64,000 nt of DNA. It comes from the human T2T-CHM13v2.0 reference genome, Homo sapiens. Under the pieces are notes generated by a model that saw only the letters and a list, made by a program, of their open reading frames with translations, ran no database searches and was not told where the DNA came from. Where the stretch lies: assembly GCF_009914755.1 (NCBI RefSeq), contig NC_060944.1. The stretch is one strand, 5' to 3'. Shown piece after piece: positions 57,772-64,000 of this stretch; the first letter of the stretch is position 1; every line of letters starts with the position of its first letter. The translations under genes were made by a program, and so were the position numbers.

Positions 57772-59090
57772 CTTGACTTCTGGTTCTGGCCATAATAAAA
57801 TAATGGATTTCAGACTGAATCTTCTGCTGTAAACAACTATAAAACTAGACAAAATGTACCATGTGCCCATTTTAAAGCATTGTACAACACACAGCATAGA
57901 GTCATGATCCTTGAAGTGAACTCCACATTTAAAGCTGGCCTTTTATATAGGGATACTTCCAAACTGCAGGAAAGGAAAGAGGAGCCCAAATAGATCACAG
58001 CAATTTTTCTGAATGGAGAAACCTATTATAGGATGCAGCTGAGGTGGCTGGAATTTATGAAGAACATTCCAGAGAAGAAAGAGTCGAACTGAGAAAGAGA
58101 TCTAAAAATCTACAAATGAGTCTTCTTGAATTTTTTGAGTGAACAACATATTATGCATGTACAGAGTAAGATTTCACAAAGCCACACAGAGAACAGTTTC
58201 TAAGGGGCCATGAGCGGAATGAGGATTTCACTGGTTCATCAATGTTGAAAGCCATTAGAGTTTCAACCAGTCAAAGTGAAAAGACTCACTGAGCATCTCC
58301 CAGTGTTTAAATAAGAACTCAGGAAAGTCAGCTTCCAAAGTAGGGCTCATCTACTCCTATCAGAAGAAATACTCTTAAATCAGCCTTAAAAACTTAAAAA
58401 TAAGCACCAACTGGATCAAACTAATGTGCCAGTAAATTAACTGTCTGCTCAAAATAAAATTCAACACACTTCTACCAAAGACGGAAGTCTAGAATCTAAA
58501 TAATATAGTATGAAAAATGTCAAATATAAAACAAAAACAATTATTAAACATGCAAAAATAGCAGAAACCTATGAGAAAATTAGGAGATAAATAAGCAATA
58601 GAAACAGACCTTAGATAGCCAGGATGTTGTTAAGAATAAAAACAAGCATTTTTAAGCTGGTATTAAAATATGTCCAAGGATTTAGAGGAAAATAAGAAAG
58701 ACAGTGGAGAGATGTAGAATATCAACACAGTCATACAATTAAAATTCATAATTGTAGGTGGGAGAAAAGGCATGTAATAGAAAAGGGAATAATGATAAAA
58801 AATACTTCTGACTTCTCATCAGAACAAATATAAGCTAAATGAAAATCTAAAAATTATTTAAAGTATAGAGAATAAATAATAAGTCATTTCAGAATGATAT
58901 ATTCAGTGAAAATAATCTTCAAAAGGCAAAATTAACACTTTAATAAGGTTAAAATAATAGGTGAAAGAGTTTATTACCACCAGAAAAGCACTACAAGGAA
59001 TGTTAAAGCATGCTCTTCAAGCACAAGAGTAGTGATAAAAAATATAAACTCACATCTACCAAAGATGTGGAGTGCTACTGGGGCACAAGA
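57772..59090 (+). mobile_element. Old L1M 5'UTR/ORF1 fragments
   Basis: gacttctggttctggcc...taaacaactataaaactagacaaaat; ctgacttctcatcagaac. Confidence 0.55.
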
Positions 59091-59718
59091 ACAGATAGGT
59101 TTTCCTTAATGGACAATGACAACAACAAAAAATCTAATGTTTCAACAGGAAAATATGTAATTGTTCTTATCCTGAGATGATAGTTTTAATATCCCGATTT
59201 AGTAATTGTCATATCTGATTATCTTCGTCAGAAAAACTAACATATACAAGTTTTTTAACCCCAAAATATGAAGTCTTTTTATCACTTTATTGAGTCACGA
59301 GCTGCTATGGTTACCAAGAGAAAAGATTTTTGGAGCCCAAAGTCTTCTCAGGCTTATTTTTCTTTCCATTTCTTATTTCTATACCTTTAAAGATATTACA
59401 AAGGAATTTAAGAGCACCCATTGTAGGGCAAAAGTGAAGAAAAAAATTAACTGTGGGTATGTTATGATAAATTGCTTGTATTAGTTATGAAGCCAGCTAT
59501 CTATAAGAATGTCCTTATCCAAACAACTGTATCTAGGATAAAAAATCCTGGAAAAGTGCCTTATCAATTCCAAAAACTTATCTCTGCATATATTATATAA
59601 TGGAATTTGTTTTCCAGTATCTTATATAGCAATGTCATCAAGTTTATAAACTGGAAAATCTGCTAATTATTTTATGAGAATGGCAGAAGTCATTTAAAGT
59701 AGCCACATTCAACTCTGA

Positions 59719-62020
<2,302 letters not shown>

Positions 62021-62129
62021 TATATTTACCTAAAAATCAGTAAGACTGCTTAAATAAATAAATTGCAAATTATTCTGAGAATACATGATTATGAAATATT
62101 GTCAAGCCTAACAGAAATAAAGATAACAG

Positions 62130-62520
62130 TATAATCATTCTTGATAACCCCAAACTGAAGAGAACTCAAAGGCCCGCAAAATTTGAAAATGGGTTGTAAA
62201 AGCTGTGATATAGTCAAATAATTGAAAATTACTCAAAAATGCTACCAAAAAAGACACCAAAAGTATGTATTATATGATCACATCCATATAAAGTTTCAGA
62301 AAGGGCAAAATCAATCTGTAGTGATAGAAACAAGAATAATGGCTGGAGGGTGACGGGAATTGATTGTTAAGTGGCATGAGAAATTTCTGGGGGAATGTCA
62401 ATGTTCTATGGGCTTTGGGTGGCTCAATCATGTATTTTTATCAAAAGTCATTGAATAATGACTTAAAAATTGTGCATTTCATCTTATCTAAAGTATACCA
62501 AAATTAAAAACAAGGAAAAA
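62130..62520 (+). mobile_element. L1ME-like 3' fragment
   Basis: catccatataaagtttcagaaagggcaaaatcaatctgtagtgatagaa. Confidence 0.55.
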
Positions 62521-62748
62521 TACTATCAAAAAATATGGAAAAGTAAACTTTCGCACATTAGTCTCAAAAACCAATGATTTCTGATGTTCTTTTTACTCTA
62601 TCAATGTTTTTCATTTTGAATCATCTAGGTTTTTCTGTATTACTGTGCTTCAGCTCAGAGAGTGAATACTTAACAAAATGCAGAGTATGAATTTCAGTGA
62701 ATTAATGGCCAAAAATAGGATATAAACAGATTATTGTGAGATTAGTAT

Positions 62749-63380
62749 TTGCGGTATGCACAGTAGCCTCCCAAAGATGTCCACATCCTCATTCCTGGAA
62801 TCTGTGAATATGGCAAAATGGACTTTGTAGCTGTAACTAAGGTTACAAACCTTAAGATAGGGCAAGCAGCTTTAAGTATCCAGGTGAACCCAATCTAATC
62901 ATATAAACCTTCAAAAGCAGAGAACATACTTCAGCTGGAGAAAGAGAGGCTTGGCAGAGGGAGAAATTAGAAAGATTCTGCCTGAGAAGTTTCGGAGGCG
63001 TCATTGCTGGTTTTGCGATGTAGAGGCTCACATAGGAAGACTGGAGACAGGTTACTAGGAGCTGACACCAGCAACCACCAGTTGACACACGCAAGAAAAC
63101 AATGACGTACAACTGTACAAGATACTGGGAATGGTGATACAACTGCAAACAACTAAATTCTGACAACAACCTTAATAAATCTGGAAATGTACTTTTACCA
63201 GAGCTTCCCAATAAGATCCCTGTTGATTGTCACCTTCGTTTGGACCTTGCCGGATGTTGAACAGGGGAGCTGGTTGAGCCCACTGAGACTTCAGACCTGC
63301 AGAAGTGTGAGATAATAATTTATGTTGCTGAAGCCATTAATTTAGTTGAAATTGTCATGGTGCCAATATAAAACAAATAC
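62749..63380 (+). mobile_element. MLT1 (MaLR) LTR
   Basis: cctcccaaagatgtccacatcctcattcctggaatctgtgaatatg...cagacctgcagaagtgtgagataataatttatgttg. Confidence 0.75.
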
Positions 63381-63511
63381 TTTATTTTATAATGAGACTG
63401 GATAACGAAGGGCTTGTGTTGATTTTCAAGGAGATTGAAAAATATATCTCATAAATCTAGTGAAAACATGAAAGTTCTGGGGAGGATGAAATTGATAATA
63501 TCTTTTCTATT

Positions 63512-63853
63512 TGTATGAATCCGTTTTTGCACTGCTGTCAAGAACTGCCTGAGACTGGATAGTTTATAATGGAAAGAGGTTTAATTGACTCACAGCTCTG
63601 CATGTCTGGGGTGGCCTCAGGAAGCTGACAATCATGGCGGAAGGTGAAGAGGAAGCAGGCACCTTCTTCACAAGGTGACAGAAGAGAGGGAAGTAGGAGC
63701 ACAGGAAAAAACTGCCTCTTTTAAAACCAAAAGATTTCGTGAGACTCGCTATCACGAGAACAGCATGGGAGAAACCACCCACCCCCCCATAATCCTATCA
63801 CTTCCCTCCCTCAACACGTGATAATGGGTAGGGACACAGAACCAAAGCATAGC
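63512..63853 (-). mobile_element. MSTA/THE1D-like MaLR LTR
   Basis: gaggtttaattgactcacag...ggcctcaggaagctgacaatcatggcggaaggtgaagaggaagcaggcaccttc. Confidence 0.85.
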
Positions 63854-64000
63854 AGCATTTATGTTAATTCTGCTACATCATTCCTGTTAGACCATCTCTC
63901 TCCGTTTTGTTTTCCTAGGATAGCCCATTGCTTGTATTAAAATCATTTCTAGGTATAAACTTTATTCTCAGTAAAACCTTGAAAATGTGAATATACTTGG

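Overview
Great-ape, most likely human, pericentromeric DNA with no credible intact protein-coding gene. Left to right: the 3' part of an SVA (1-1055); a GC/CpG-rich unique-looking block (~1.15-4.7 kb); a ~2.45-kb-unit GC-rich macrosatellite that I recognise as SST1/NBL2 (FAM27-type), arranged as one inverted partial unit plus ~1.75 forward units, forming a ~4.4-kb imperfect palindrome (5641-11715); diverged monomeric alpha satellite (11715-15590 and 19867-30386), interrupted by ~1.7 units of an older CpG-depleted relative of the same macrosatellite (15589-19866), an AluY and a twin-primed L1; an Alu-dense zone with a MER57-type ERV remnant (30.4-40.2 kb); and an Alu-poor zone of ancient L1M/L2/MIR/ERVL/MaLR sequence with a young twin-primed L1 and a 2.2-kb L1PA (40.2-64 kb). 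The most interesting structure is the macrosatellite palindrome. Its spacer holds the only intact NRF1-CCAAT-TATA promoter module in the window, and its arms share a ~290-bp near-identical patch that looks like gene conversion. Other notable items are a relic multi-monomer order in the alpha satellite, a templated 34-bp insert at the satellite edge and an orphan cluster of small exon-like segments. Family names come from my recognition of consensus sequences, not from database searches. I found no evidence for a new protein-coding system.
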